Source: Octopus vulgaris (taxonomy: Eukaryota). From it: a DNA stretch of 64,000 nt. Positions 44,564 through 57,384 of the stretch are shown here, in pieces (positions within the stretch are counted from its first letter, which is position 1; every line of letters starts with the position of its first letter). Under the pieces are notes generated by a model. That model was given only the letters and a program-made list of their open reading frames with translations, searched no databases and was not told the origin of the DNA. The stretch covers positions 3,472,001 to 3,536,000 of the forward strand of contig OX597834.1 of assembly GCA_951406725.2 (NCBI GenBank), written 5' to 3'. The position numbers were made by a program, and so were the translations under genes.

Positions 44564-45282
44564 GACGGACGTGATGTCAGTTCGGCTCCGAAGGTAATCG
44601 TTTATTTTGACTATCTATAGCCCATATTTTGTGTACATTTTTGTAAATAAGGTGTGTAAGGCACCCAACTTTCGTTTGAGTGCTTTTCCAAGGGAGGAAT
44701 TCGCCCCTAGGGGCAGTTTCAACCCTATTTAATTTGTGTAATTTCCTTTTCGACATTTTGAAAATGTCGAGAAATTGTATTGTAGAACGATGGTCGCGTT
44801 CCTCTATCGACCATCATTTTCCTAGTCTGGAAACGCTAGGAGAAAAAAAGAACTTATGCACGCAAAGTGCAAACATAAATGATTTTGGAATAAACGCTGC
44901 AACCACTTGTAGTAACAGCCCTGTCACCACCACCACTTCTAACAAGAACAACAAAGAGACTACTACTGTTACCACCACCGCCTTCACCACCACCACCACC
45001 ACCACCACCACCACCACCACCATCAGCATCGACAACAGCAACAAATACAAAACAAAGGTCGCAAGGCCAAGCACCGTCAACACCACCAGTGAGTCCACCA
45101 CCAATACCGACAACAACACCATGGCAGCATCTGCTACTAAAACTGCTATCCCTGCTAAAGACATCGCCATCAATAACAATACCAACATCACCATCACCGC
45201 CACCAAAGACCGTGCCGTCAATGCTACTAATACCACTAACACCACCGCCGTCACCAAGAACGACAATAACAACAACAACAGC

Positions 45283-45329
<47 letters not shown>

Positions 45330-48300
45330 CGACAACGACAACAACAATTCCCTTCAACCACTGCTCACTCCATCACCAACAAGTGAAAAAATAACAACGA
45401 CAACCAAACGAAATGCCGAAATTTGCGCTAATGCAGGACCAAATTACGCAGGCAATTTTCCACCCCTTGCTAGTTGCATAATCAGCAACCACAAACCTAC
45501 AACCCACACCCCTGCCATCAACACCAACACCACCGGCAGTAACAACAATAACAAAACAACAACAAACTTCGCCGAGGCGATAAAAGAAAAAGTAACAAGA
45601 GTATCGTTTACTGCACAACAAATAAAAGATTGCAGAAACCTTATCACCAATGAAAACGGCAAAATACTCTTACACATACCACAACACATACCACAACACA
45701 TACTGAATGAGGAAAAAAAGAAAACCATTGTTTATAAAATAACAAATAAAACAACTAAAAGTCCAGAAAAGGCAAGCACGGACAAAATAGAAAAGTGCCT
45801 ACGCCCCATCTGGGGATACAAGGATTATGTAACTTGGGCGAACAAGTTCGCCCACGTACAGGTGGTTTTCAGAATGAAGAGTTGGCGAAGAAATTCTCAA
45901 CGATAACCCTTCATTCTGATGAACTAACGATGACACCGAGTTACCTTGGCCAGAAGGTGACGAAGGTCATTATCAATAATGTCCCCCAAGTAACAACAAC
46001 ACTGTGGATAACATCCGAAATGGAGGACTTAAACATCCTAGATATCGGTGTTTCAAAAAACAAGGACTGGCTGGGAAAGAGAATGGAGTTCCTCTTCCAC
46101 ATAAGTCAAGACGACATCAACAAAATTCCCACCCACGTACATCTTGCAGATGGCCGCAAGTTGTACGTAGTAGTCGAGGGCAGAAGGCCACGATGCTATA
46201 CATGTGGCAGTGAGGCACACCTCAAAAAGGAGTGCAAATCTGCCGCTAAATTACAACAACAACAACAGCCACAGGAAAAACCACAAAAGCCAGCATTATT
46301 GCCCACACCACAATATGGACGGCTAGTCAAGAAGCTGTATGCAGAAATGCATGAAAAACAACAAAGAACAAGCCAACCCAACCAAACAACACCAACACCA
46401 GCACCAAGAACAGAATCATCACCACCAACAACAACTAAACCAATTCCAACACCGAGAATAACAACGAAGAAGACAAGCACCAAGGATGTAGGAGAGACAA
46501 TAACCACAACAAACCCCCCAGCAACACCCTCCTCGCGCACCACAACAATATCTACAACCGCACAAACAGACCCAGACGCTTTACCCTTACCCCCTGCTGA
46601 TTCGTCAGACTTTTCATCTAACGATGAAAGTTCGACAGAATGGCAAATAGCCACAGGGGGGGTAAAAGAAAAAGATAAAAAAAAACCAAACAAGAAATCG
46701 CAACCAAAGCAGAGAGATACCTGAACCCTGAAAACTCCATACACAACCAAACAAGCACCAACACCACAAAAACACACACAATGCTATCAGCGATAGACAC
46801 CAAAGACTCCAAACTAATGGAGTACATCACAGGCTACACAAACATTTGTGAAGATGACTTTAAAAATAGCAATCATCCACGCATTACACCACCCAAACAC
46901 ATCAAAATACTACACATCACACAAACACAACACCACAAACTCAAAGCCCTCTTCCCAAATGCTGTAGGGGGTTTCCAAAAATATCTCTCCCAAAAACTTT
47001 ATAAAAACCTCCTCGAAGACACATCAAAGAACGAGGAAGCCAAAACTTTCGACACAAGTAAGTAACTCTCTGTACTTTCCTTTTTGTGTTTTAAAGCACA
47101 CACCCCAATAGAATCATGGTCAAGATTGGTTGTGTGAATGCTCGTGGCTTGGGGTCTCCTTGGAAACAAGGATACCTCCTAAATGACATCAAGTCACATG
47201 ATTTGGGAATCATAGCCATCAGTGAGACCAGGCTCCACGAGCCACGGGCCCTAAAGTCCATGTCTGGCGGACAGTTTAACATTTATTTCGCTCCCTGTCT
47301 GCCGAGGATGGGCGGTAGTGGCACCGCGGTACTTTTTCACAAGAGCCTGGATCTCGAAGTCAAGACGATATTCGTAGACCCGGAGGGTAGACTGATCGTT
47401 CTGGATGTCGACGACAGCAATGGGTGCGCTTTTCGACTCGTATCAGTCTACGCACCGCCTTTAACAGGTCGGCCGGATTTCTTTCGACATCTAGAAGTAT
47501 TCCTGGGAACGTCTCGTCCTTTACTTTTAGTGGGGGATTGGAATGCTACCTTGGACACACATCTAGACTATGTGGGGAGAGACAAAAACAGAAGGGGATG
47601 CAAATGCCTCAGAGACCTGCTCAGACGATTCCAACTGTCTGACAGGTACCGACTCGACCACCCAAATGCACCAACGTGGACATGGAGCAACCGCAGTGGG
47701 TCGTCGAGATCGTATCTAGATAGGATACTGTGTAGGACAGTAGACAAGGATAACTTAGGATGTCCACAATTCCACACAGTCAGCTACACGGATCACAAAT
47801 TCGTGACGTGTACGCTAGACATAGATAAGGCACATAGACAGGGTCCTGGGTACTGGAAACTGAACGCATCATTCCCGTCCAGACAAGTTTTCAGAGACAG
47901 AATCAATACGTTAGTAAAAAGGGCTTTAACGGGAGCCATTGTCAACAACAAATGGTGGTTCGCCCTCAAGAGAGCAGTAAAAGCGGAAGCAATTAGATAT
48001 AGCAAGGCACTAGCCGTAGATAGAAATAGAGTAGAGGGTGAGTTAGTTAAGAAGTTAGAAGAGGCAATAAGAAGTGGCATCACATCCGAAGTTTTAGCGG
48101 CGAGGTTGGCCCTTGAACAACACTTCAACGCCAAACACGAAAGGTGTGCTGTCAGGGCTAGGATGCGTGCTCTAAGGATGGAAGGTGTTGGAGCCGCGAG
48201 GGAGGCCCGGGTGGCGGAGGCGCAGCAGGGCAACAAAGCCACCATTCGGTCTCTGGTAGATGAACAGGGGCGCGAATTGCTCGAGCCCAGCAAGATATGC

Positions 48301-49471
48301 GAGACATTTCAGCGGCACTTTGTCGCCGTTTGTGAGGCACACTTTCCCGCAGCTCGTCTCCATGACCGAACTGCAGTCGTGGATCAAAAAGAGGCCGAGG
48401 AAGGGCGAATGGCACCGCGAGTGTCGCGTTGCTCTCGAGCAACTCTGCCGTCCCGGGTCGACCTTGAGTGACTTCAACACAACCAAAGCATTCTATAGGG
48501 GATTAGTGGAAGGGAGGTACGACGACGATCTTGGGGCAAACCTGGGCGTCGACGAGGAATACCTGACCCGCCTGTTTCAAACGACTTTCGGCCCGGGACC
48601 TATGGATAACTTCCAGAGATCCCTGGCCTGGCGGTGCTACCGAGAAGCGCTACCCGTTCGGGATAAGCTCTATAGGCATGGCTCGAGAAACACGGGGCCG
48701 ACCTGCCCGAGATGCGTGCAGAGCGACGAAACCGCTCTGCACGCAATCGTGCAGTGTGCAGCAATTTCCGACCTGTGGACTTATGTCGAACGACTGCTGT
48801 CACGTGTGGAACGTGTCGGTTTATCAGCCGAGTCTATCGTTAATATCGTCACGCCTCCTTCTTTCAAACAGGAAGGAAGAGCTATTTTTATCATACTTGT
48901 GGCTATGGCGAAAGAATGTATCTGGTGGACGCGCCTGAAAGGATTAGAGACAAACACTTTCCTCTCTGGTCAATCTCTCATCAACTTCTTCAAGTATCAC
49001 TTGAAGAGGAAAGTGAGAGTAGAGAGGCAAGTTTTGTCTAGTGAATATTTAAAAAAAGATGGGTGAATGTAGCAAGGATGGCACGTATGAATGATGAAGC
49101 CACCTTGACTATGATTCTATGAACCGTAAAAATTAATACAGAGAGTTGCTTATTTGAAAAAAAAAAAAGAAAAAGAAATATAACATGTGACTTCATTGAC
49201 CGAGGTTACCGTGGTCTTTTCCGTAGGCTTTTCTTTCCACGGGTAAACCTCATCTGTCCTCCCCTTTACACTTAATATTGACATTTCTGTGATAACGATC
49301 CATATTGATAAATTTTTTCCTCTCACCCCCTTTTTTTTTTTTAAACCCCCCTTTTTTGTCCTCTTTCTTTCCTTTTACGATCCCTTTTGATCGAAAACCA
49401 CCACCAAAAGAAAAGCTCTACCTTGTTATTCGTTCTATCTGTGTGCAGCCCTGTGTGGCTAATAAAGAAAC
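44564..49471 (+). mobile_element. Tx1/L1-clade LINE: 5' UTR, ORF1 with zinc knuckle, ORF2 with APE intact and RT deleted
   Basis: ORF1 pieces ~44764-47065 with CYTCGSEAHLKKEC (CX2CX4HX4C) and poly-Thr/Asn; ORF2 from 47116 (NARGL, ISET, SVYAP, GDWN, SYLDR, TDH, GPGYWKLN); jumps at ~48322 to the C-terminal region; ends ctaataaagaaac + (TCTA)n. Confidence 0.92.
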
Positions 49472-49472
49472 A

Positions 49473-49564
<92 letters not shown>

Positions 49565-49587
49565 ATCTATCTATCTATCTATCTATC
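49472..49587. repeat. (TCTA)n/(TC)n microsatellite
   Basis: Visible directly. Confidence 0.95.
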
Positions 49588-49920
49588 GCCCGCGACAACC
49601 TCGGCTTCGTTGTTGCGTGATTGAGTGTATGTGTCGTGTGTTTGTGTGTGTTTATTTGGATGGGTGTATGTGTGTGTATGATTGACTGAAGAACGCATCT
49701 CTCCGAATGACATCCTTTGTAAAGTCACCAGCCCTCTACCACTTCACTTAGCAACACTCCTTTACCAAATTCTTCTCATCCTTCTGTTTATCTGTTACCA
49801 ACCCTCTACCACTTCCCTTAGCTATCCGCCTCACACCAGTCCTCTTACTGCCGCCTCTCTTCCTTCGAAAGTTGTCCATCCGTCCATTACAATTTTATAA
49901 GTTCTATGATCAAAGAATAT

Positions 49921-50878
49921 ATTTCTTTACTACCCACAAGGGGCCAAACACAGAGGGGACAAACAAGGACAGACAAACGGATAAGTCGATTACATCGACC
50001 CCAGTGCGTAACTGGTACTTAATTTATCGACCCCGAAAGGATGAAAGGCAAAGTCGACCTCGGCGGAATTTGAACTCACAACGTAGCAGCAGACGAAATA
50101 CCTATTTCTTTATTGCCCACAAGGGGCTAAACACAGAGGGGACAGACAAGGACAGACAAACGGATAAGTCGATTACATCGACCCCAGTGCGTAACTGGTA
50201 CTTAATTTATCGACCCCGAACGGATGAAAGGCAAAGTCGACCTCGGCGGAATTTGAACTCACAACGTAGCAGCAGACGAAATACCTATTTCTTTATTGCC
50301 CACAAGGGGCTAAACACAGAGGGGACAAACAAGGACAGACAAACGGATAAGTCGATTACATCGACCCCAGTGCGTAACTGGTACTTAATTTATCGACCCC
50401 GAAAGGATGAAAGGCAAAGTCGACCTCGGCGGAATTTGAACTCACAACGTAGCAGCAGACGAAATACCTATTTCTTTATTGCCCACAAGGGGCTAAACAC
50501 AGAGGGGACAAACAAGGACAGACAAACGGATAAGTCGATTACATCGACCCCAGTGCGTAACTGGTACTTAATTTATCGACCCCGAACGGATGAAAGGCAA
50601 AGTCGACCTCGGCGGAATTTGAACTCACAACGTAGCAGCAGACGAAATACCTATTTCTTTATTGCCCACAAGGGGCTAAACACAGAGGGGACAAACAAGG
50701 ACAGACAGACGGATAAGTCGATTACATCGACCCCAGTGCGTAACTGGTACTTAATTTATCGACCCCGAAAGGATGAAAGGCGAAGTCGACCTCGGCGGAA
50801 TTTGAACCCAGAACGTAACGGCAGACGAAATACGGCTACGCATTTCGCCCGGCGTGCTAACGATTCTACCAGCTCGCC
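49921..50878 (-). repeat. Tandem array of 5 x 183-bp SINE-derived units, one full head
   Basis: Units start at 49921, 50104, 50287, 50470 and 50653; only the last continues into the tRNA-like head (..ggcgtgctaacgattctaccagctcgcc). Confidence 0.92.
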
Positions 50879-51399
50879 AAAGAATATAGATATGTGCTAA
50901 GTAATGCGCATGGCACTAGCAGAAACGCATCTGGCCACTGACATAGTCCACGCCGAAATACGTTTATCAAAGTAGGTTTTATTTCGTACTAACTGGAGTG
51001 AAAGAACTCGTAGTGGAGTTACCATTTCCATTACTCATCAGTTTGTGACATTTCTGCACACCAAGAATACTCAAGGAATGGTCTTATGTAAAAAAAAACT
51101 CTTCTCAGTTCAGTAATACCGTTCTTATCCTCCAAATCCACTCTGCTCTCAATTTTTCCCTTCACCTCACCCTCTTCCACTCCCTCTTCCCCCCCCCTTT
51201 CCTTCCGCCTTAACAAGTTCCTCTCTCTCTCTCCACGCAGGAATCTCACGTGGTCCTTGCGTTTCTCATGAGTTGGAGTCAGTTTTTCTAACACGTAAAA
51301 CTCTGTTCTCTTTTCACTCCTGTCAACTTTTTTTTACCTGGAAAAAGAGCTGGATTTTGCACTTTTCACGGCAAGTTCACTGTTTTTATCGATTTTACT

Positions 51400-52129
<730 letters not shown>

Positions 52130-52264
52130 CTGTAGACACATTGTAAAAATATGCCAAACAGCGTGTCTCAGTGGTAAACAGTAACTCTTATTTAAATGCG
52201 GTGTTCATAAATGATATTCATTTCACAGTTTGAACTACATTTTTGTCGTTGATTCTACCTTAAC

Positions 52265-52323
<59 letters not shown>

Positions 52324-52324
<1 letters not shown>

Positions 52325-52717
52325 TAGTATCGCCCGGCGTTGCTCGGGTTTGTAAGGGAAATAACTATATAAGCATTTTTAGAGATGTAAAGTATAATAG
52401 CCATCTCAATATGGCTAACCACAAAGGGGGGGGGGGCTGTTACTGTAGCTTTTTACGTTCTGAGATTTAATAATACATTTTTAGAGAATTACTTCCCTTA
52501 TGTATGCCAAAAATGCATTAAAAATGGGAAAAATTGATTGTAAATTTTTAAAAAATCGTAGACTCATCGTAGACGCGCGCTAATACCCAGAAGGGCTCGA
52601 TATGAATCACGACTATAAGTTACCCGGTTTTGGTTAAACTGCACCGCAAAATGTGGGAGTAGTTAGGAATCTAAATCGTAGGAGACAGACAGCACACAAC
52701 CTCTCTTTTATATATAA

Positions 52718-52720
<3 letters not shown>
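52324..52720 (-). mobile_element. Non-autonomous Helitron inside a (TA)n tract
   Basis: ctagtatcgcccggcgttgctcggg terminus; (TA)n on both sides (52268-52322, 52720-52782). Confidence 0.88.
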
Positions 52721-52790
<70 letters not shown>

Positions 52791-53339
52791 TTCAATTCTC
52801 TTTTGCACGGTTTTGAAATAACACGGTCCAACAAAAAGAACCGATTATTTTTTTTTGCACTGTTTTTTCTTTATTACTTTAACGCGGTTCGAACACCTGT
52901 CCTTGTGTGACCACGGAATTTATTGCAAGTGGCAAGTAAACCATTAAATAACATCAATTATAATTTACAGAACGCCAAAACTCTACGTAACATGGTTAAG
53001 TAACAATTTAGCGAAGTAAAATAGAATCGAATCCATTTTTTCCGTATAGCGATCCACCACTATCCGGTGTGGGCGGGACCTGTGCACCGTACATACCTCT
53101 GGCTGCGGAGGCAGTCTTTAGCGTCGGGTCTAAGACGAAAGACGCGTCACGTGTTTCATCTTCTGCTATATTTTTTATTTGCGATCGTTATAGGGATAAC
53201 CTATCCCAAAATATCGGTTGACACATCTAAAAAAAGAATAAAGGACCATCAATTTCTTTGGAGACCAAGATCATTATTTTGGATCGCCTTCGTGAGGGTG
53301 AAAGCGAGCTTTCTGCCTGAACGAAGCTACGATAAGAAC

Positions 53340-54460
53340 GATCAAGAGGAATGATGCTGCCATTAGATCTGTAGCTTCTGGAACAAAATTATCTGCCAAG
53401 TCGTTGTCAAGGGACATGGTTCAAGAGAAAATGGAGAAAGCTTTAATGATATGGATAGAAGAAAACAATAATAAAAAAGGTGCCCCAGCTCGTGAGCTGA
53501 AACTAGATAAAATGAAATGAAATAAAATGAATACCAGTAGATGGTAAAACCATAAAACAGATGGCATTACGATTTTACGAGAAGGTTAATGATTTGGAGT
53601 CATGAACAGCGTTATATCTGTCTGGTGATAAAAGGAAGAATGAATTTGCTGCAAGTACAAGATGGCTTACAAAATTCCTCGAAAGACACGCACTGCATCA
53701 TATAAAAATGAGAGGTGAAATTTCATCGGCAGATAAGACTGCTGCTGAAGAATTTCTTCCAAAACTAGCCAAAATAATTGAAGAAGTCGGTTACATTTCA
53801 GACCAAGTTTTCAACGCAGATGAAACTGGGCTCTTTTGTAAAAAAAAAAATGCTAAACAGAGGAAAATTCTTGTTATGTAGCTATGCTTCATGAGATTGT
53901 TTGTTAAAACAGTTATTAATTAATCGATCAGTTCATCTGCGTGCAATGAAAAGCGTAGACGTCAGTAAATTACCAGTTCATCGGATGACAGCAGAAATAC
54001 TTACTAACTGGTTTAACAACTTCTTCGTTCTTGAAGTAAGAAGACGTAAGATATATTGTAGATGAACTAGAAAAAAGATGGTACACTTTCAATCTTTCAA
54101 GCATGGAAAAAATTTACTATAATTAATTGTGTTAATTATGCTGCCCTGGCTTTATCCAAATTAAAGGCATCCACCCTAATTGCATGCTGGAGATCACTTT
54201 GGCTAGAACGTGTAAAGCCTAAAAATCTCGTATCTAAATACGAACGAATTAGATTCTAATATCATCAATTTGTCACATCAGATTGACAGAGAAGGTTTTG
54301 AAGAATTAACAATTGACGAAGCTACTAATGAAGAACAAATTATAGAGAGTATTTCAGAGAATGTATATGAGTCCACGTTAATTTATAGTAGTGATGATGA
54401 AGAAGAGGTCCCACTATCTGCAAGCACAATTCAAGAAGGACTCCAAATCGGGCCATGTTA
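53340..54460 (+). mobile_element. Tigger/pogo transposase remnant
   Basis: MEKALMIWIEE; EFAASTRWL.KF..RH.L..IKMRGE.SSAD..AA..F..L..II..GY..DQVFNADETGLF; heavily deleted. Confidence 0.85.
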
Positions 54461-54685
54461 ATACCAAAAATTATTTACAACACAAGGGTGTTTTTTTTCT
54501 ATGAAAATCCCTATTTTTTACAATTTCTTAACTGCTGTGTCGCCATTTTTCGGTGTATTTCACCCAGAAAAATGTTCACTTAAAGAGAATAACAAGCTAC
54601 ATAAGGCAAAATATTTACTTTTCGAAAATTCTTATTCTAAAGGGTCGAAACAAACCCGAGCAACGCCGGGCGATACTGCTAGTAG

Positions 54686-54739
<54 letters not shown>

Positions 54740-54949
54740 TATATAGAGGGCACTATTACACATAGATGCCGCACGCTAGGAGGGACTTTTAAAGTCAAAA
54801 CTACCAAAATAAACAAATTGTACCGAATGCAATCTTCGAAGCGAGTCATTTAAAAACAGAATTTAGTTACATATCACCTGTGATTTCGCAATCAATGCAG
54901 TATATGCATTTTATGTTCTTCAGTGCAACGAACTCAAGATATATATGAA

Positions 54950-57276
54950 TGAACAAACACAACATATACGAAGCATCCACCATCTCTCCAACTTAAACTT
55001 TCATAAAGCAAACTGGAAGTTGATTGAGAAAGAGATCCTCAAACAGGATTGGTCTAAATGTCTCTCCACACCGGACATTAATATGAAACACAAACACTTC
55101 ATGTCCATAATACAAGCCATATGTGACAAATATGTCCCAGTGTACAGGGCCAACACACACAAAAACAAAAACAGGATCCCTAGAGAAAGGAGGATTCTTA
55201 TGAGACGACGGACAAGGATTGCGAACCGCCTGAGCAAGCACACCAAAAGTGGTGAGAAGTCTCGGGTCGAGAGAATGCTAATGGAAATTGAGAAAAGTCG
55301 GCATCAATCCCATGAAAAGGAGAGAGCAGATAAAGAAGTTTGGGTAATATAAAATATAAAATCAAACCCTAAAGTTTTCTTTAAGTTTGCCAAGGAGACA
55401 GCCACAGTGCACCAGAGAATAGGACCTCTCTTCCAAAAAGATGGCTCTCTCACAGGAAATCCCACGAGGATAAGTGAAATACAGAACGAACAATTCCAAA
55501 GTGTGTTCACTACACCTCTGGGACACAGGCAAGTAAACAACCCAGAAGAATTCTTTTCCACTTTACCTGCGGCCAAAGAGGCAAAAATTGAGTACATCAA
55601 CATCGAAGATGATGATATCACACTAGCCATAGATGAGATTGACACAAACTCAGCTGCTGGACCTGATGGATTTCCAGCGATCCTTCTCAAATCGTGTAAA
55701 CGAGCCCTTGCAAAACTGCTACATCTTCTTTTTCAGAGCTTTCTTGCAAGTGGTAAGCTCTCAGTCAAATTGAAAGAGGGGGTAATATGCCCTATCCATA
55801 AGGGAGGTAGCAGAGTAGATGCTAAAAATTATAGGCCTATCTCTCTGACCTCACACATCAGCAAAGTCATGGAACGAATAGTCCGCAAGAAATTAATCAT
55901 GTTCCTTGAAGAAAATGACTTGCTGTCTGACACCCAGCATGGATTTCGACCAGGTAGAAGCTGCCTAACATAGCTCCTGCAACACTATGACTGGGTGTTA
56001 AAACAGCTACTAAATGGCTCAAATATGGATGTAATATATCTCGACTTTGCAAAAGCCTTTGATAAAGTCGACCATGGTATGATCTGTCATAAACTGCGTG
56101 GTCTCGGCATAGGCGGAAAACTTGGAGAGTGGCTGCACAACTTCCTAAAAGACAGAAGACAGGCAGTTGTGAGCAATGGAGCCACCTCCAAGGAAACACA
56201 AATAACAAGCGGTGTTCCACAGGGCATTGTCTTGGGGCCACTGCTGTTCATAGTGGCCCTTTCAGACATGCCTTCAGTTGCTACCTATGCTAGCTATGCA
56301 GATGACACAAAAGTCTCCCACACAATACAAAACCCTGAAAATATTGCGCATCTGCAACAGGAGTTGGATAAAATATACAGGTGGGCGGAGGACAACAACA
56401 TGCAGTTTAATGCAGGTAAGTTCCAGGCCCTGCGCTACCGGCACACAAAGGTAAACGACGTGCAGACTTGATACACTGGCCCAGGAAGAATTGCAATCCC
56501 TGAGTCAAAATCAGTGCGTGACCTAGGCATTGACATGAGCAATGATGCATCTTTCCAAGTGCATATTACTAATCTGATGATAAAATGCAGACGGCTAGCT
56601 GGATGGATTCTCCGAACTTTCAGAACAAGAGAGAAGGAGACACTGATGGTCCTCTGGAAAACATTCGTCCTCAGCCGCTTAGACTACTGCTCCTAACTAT
56701 GGTCACCACACAATATAAAACTAACAGCAGAACTCGAAGCAATTCAGAGAAGCTACACAAAGAAGATCGTCTCAATGCAAAATATCAGCTACTGGGAAAG
56801 ACTGAAAGTATTAAACCTCTTCTCCCTAGAGCGGAGGCGGGAGAGATATGCGGTGATATACATCTGGAAAATCCTGGAGGGTCTTGTCCCAAACTTTGGC
56901 ATTCAAAGTTACCCCAACCGCAGAACGGGGCGCCACTGCATGGTGCTAAGGATTCCAACATCACCATCAAAATACAGGACCAGATACTGCAACAGCTTGG
57001 GTTTCAGAGGACCACAACTCTTTAACATCCTCCCTAAATGCCTGAGAGACTTACATGGTGTGGATGTGGGTTTCTTTAAAACTAAACTGGATCTCTTCTT
57101 GTCGGGAGTCCCAGATGAACCTACCTCACGACAGGAGACGCAGATGCGGGCAGCAGCATCGAACTCCCTTGTTGATCAAGTGCCACGTATCAGAGGTGGA
57201 TTCACATATTCGTGTAGCTCATTCAGCGGTGGTGCCCCAGCATGGCCGCGGCCTACGGGCTAAAACATTTTTAAGG

Positions 57277-57280
<4 letters not shown>
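54950..57280 (+). mobile_element. CR1/L2-group LINE, 5'-truncated ORF2 with stops
   Basis: AAGPDG, NYRPISLTS, QHGFRPGRSCLT, YLDFAKAFDKVDH, SGVPQGIVLGPLLF, YADD, SYWERLK..SLERRRER; structured 3' tail then (AT)n. Confidence 0.93.
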
Positions 57281-57331
<51 letters not shown>

Positions 57332-57384
57332 CATATATATATAGATTGGTAGACAGATAGACAGACAGATAGCTAGATAAATAA

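Noticed and set aside
44236-44620. LSIY-repeat ORFs (also 37752, 40277, 49305)
   Set aside because: Translations of (TCTA)n.
44814-45357. Poly-Leu and poly-Val minus-strand ORFs
   Set aside because: Antisense of the (AAC)/(ACC) runs in LINE ORF1.
49872-50900. 342-aa repetitive ORF
   Set aside because: Antisense reading of 183-bp SINE units.
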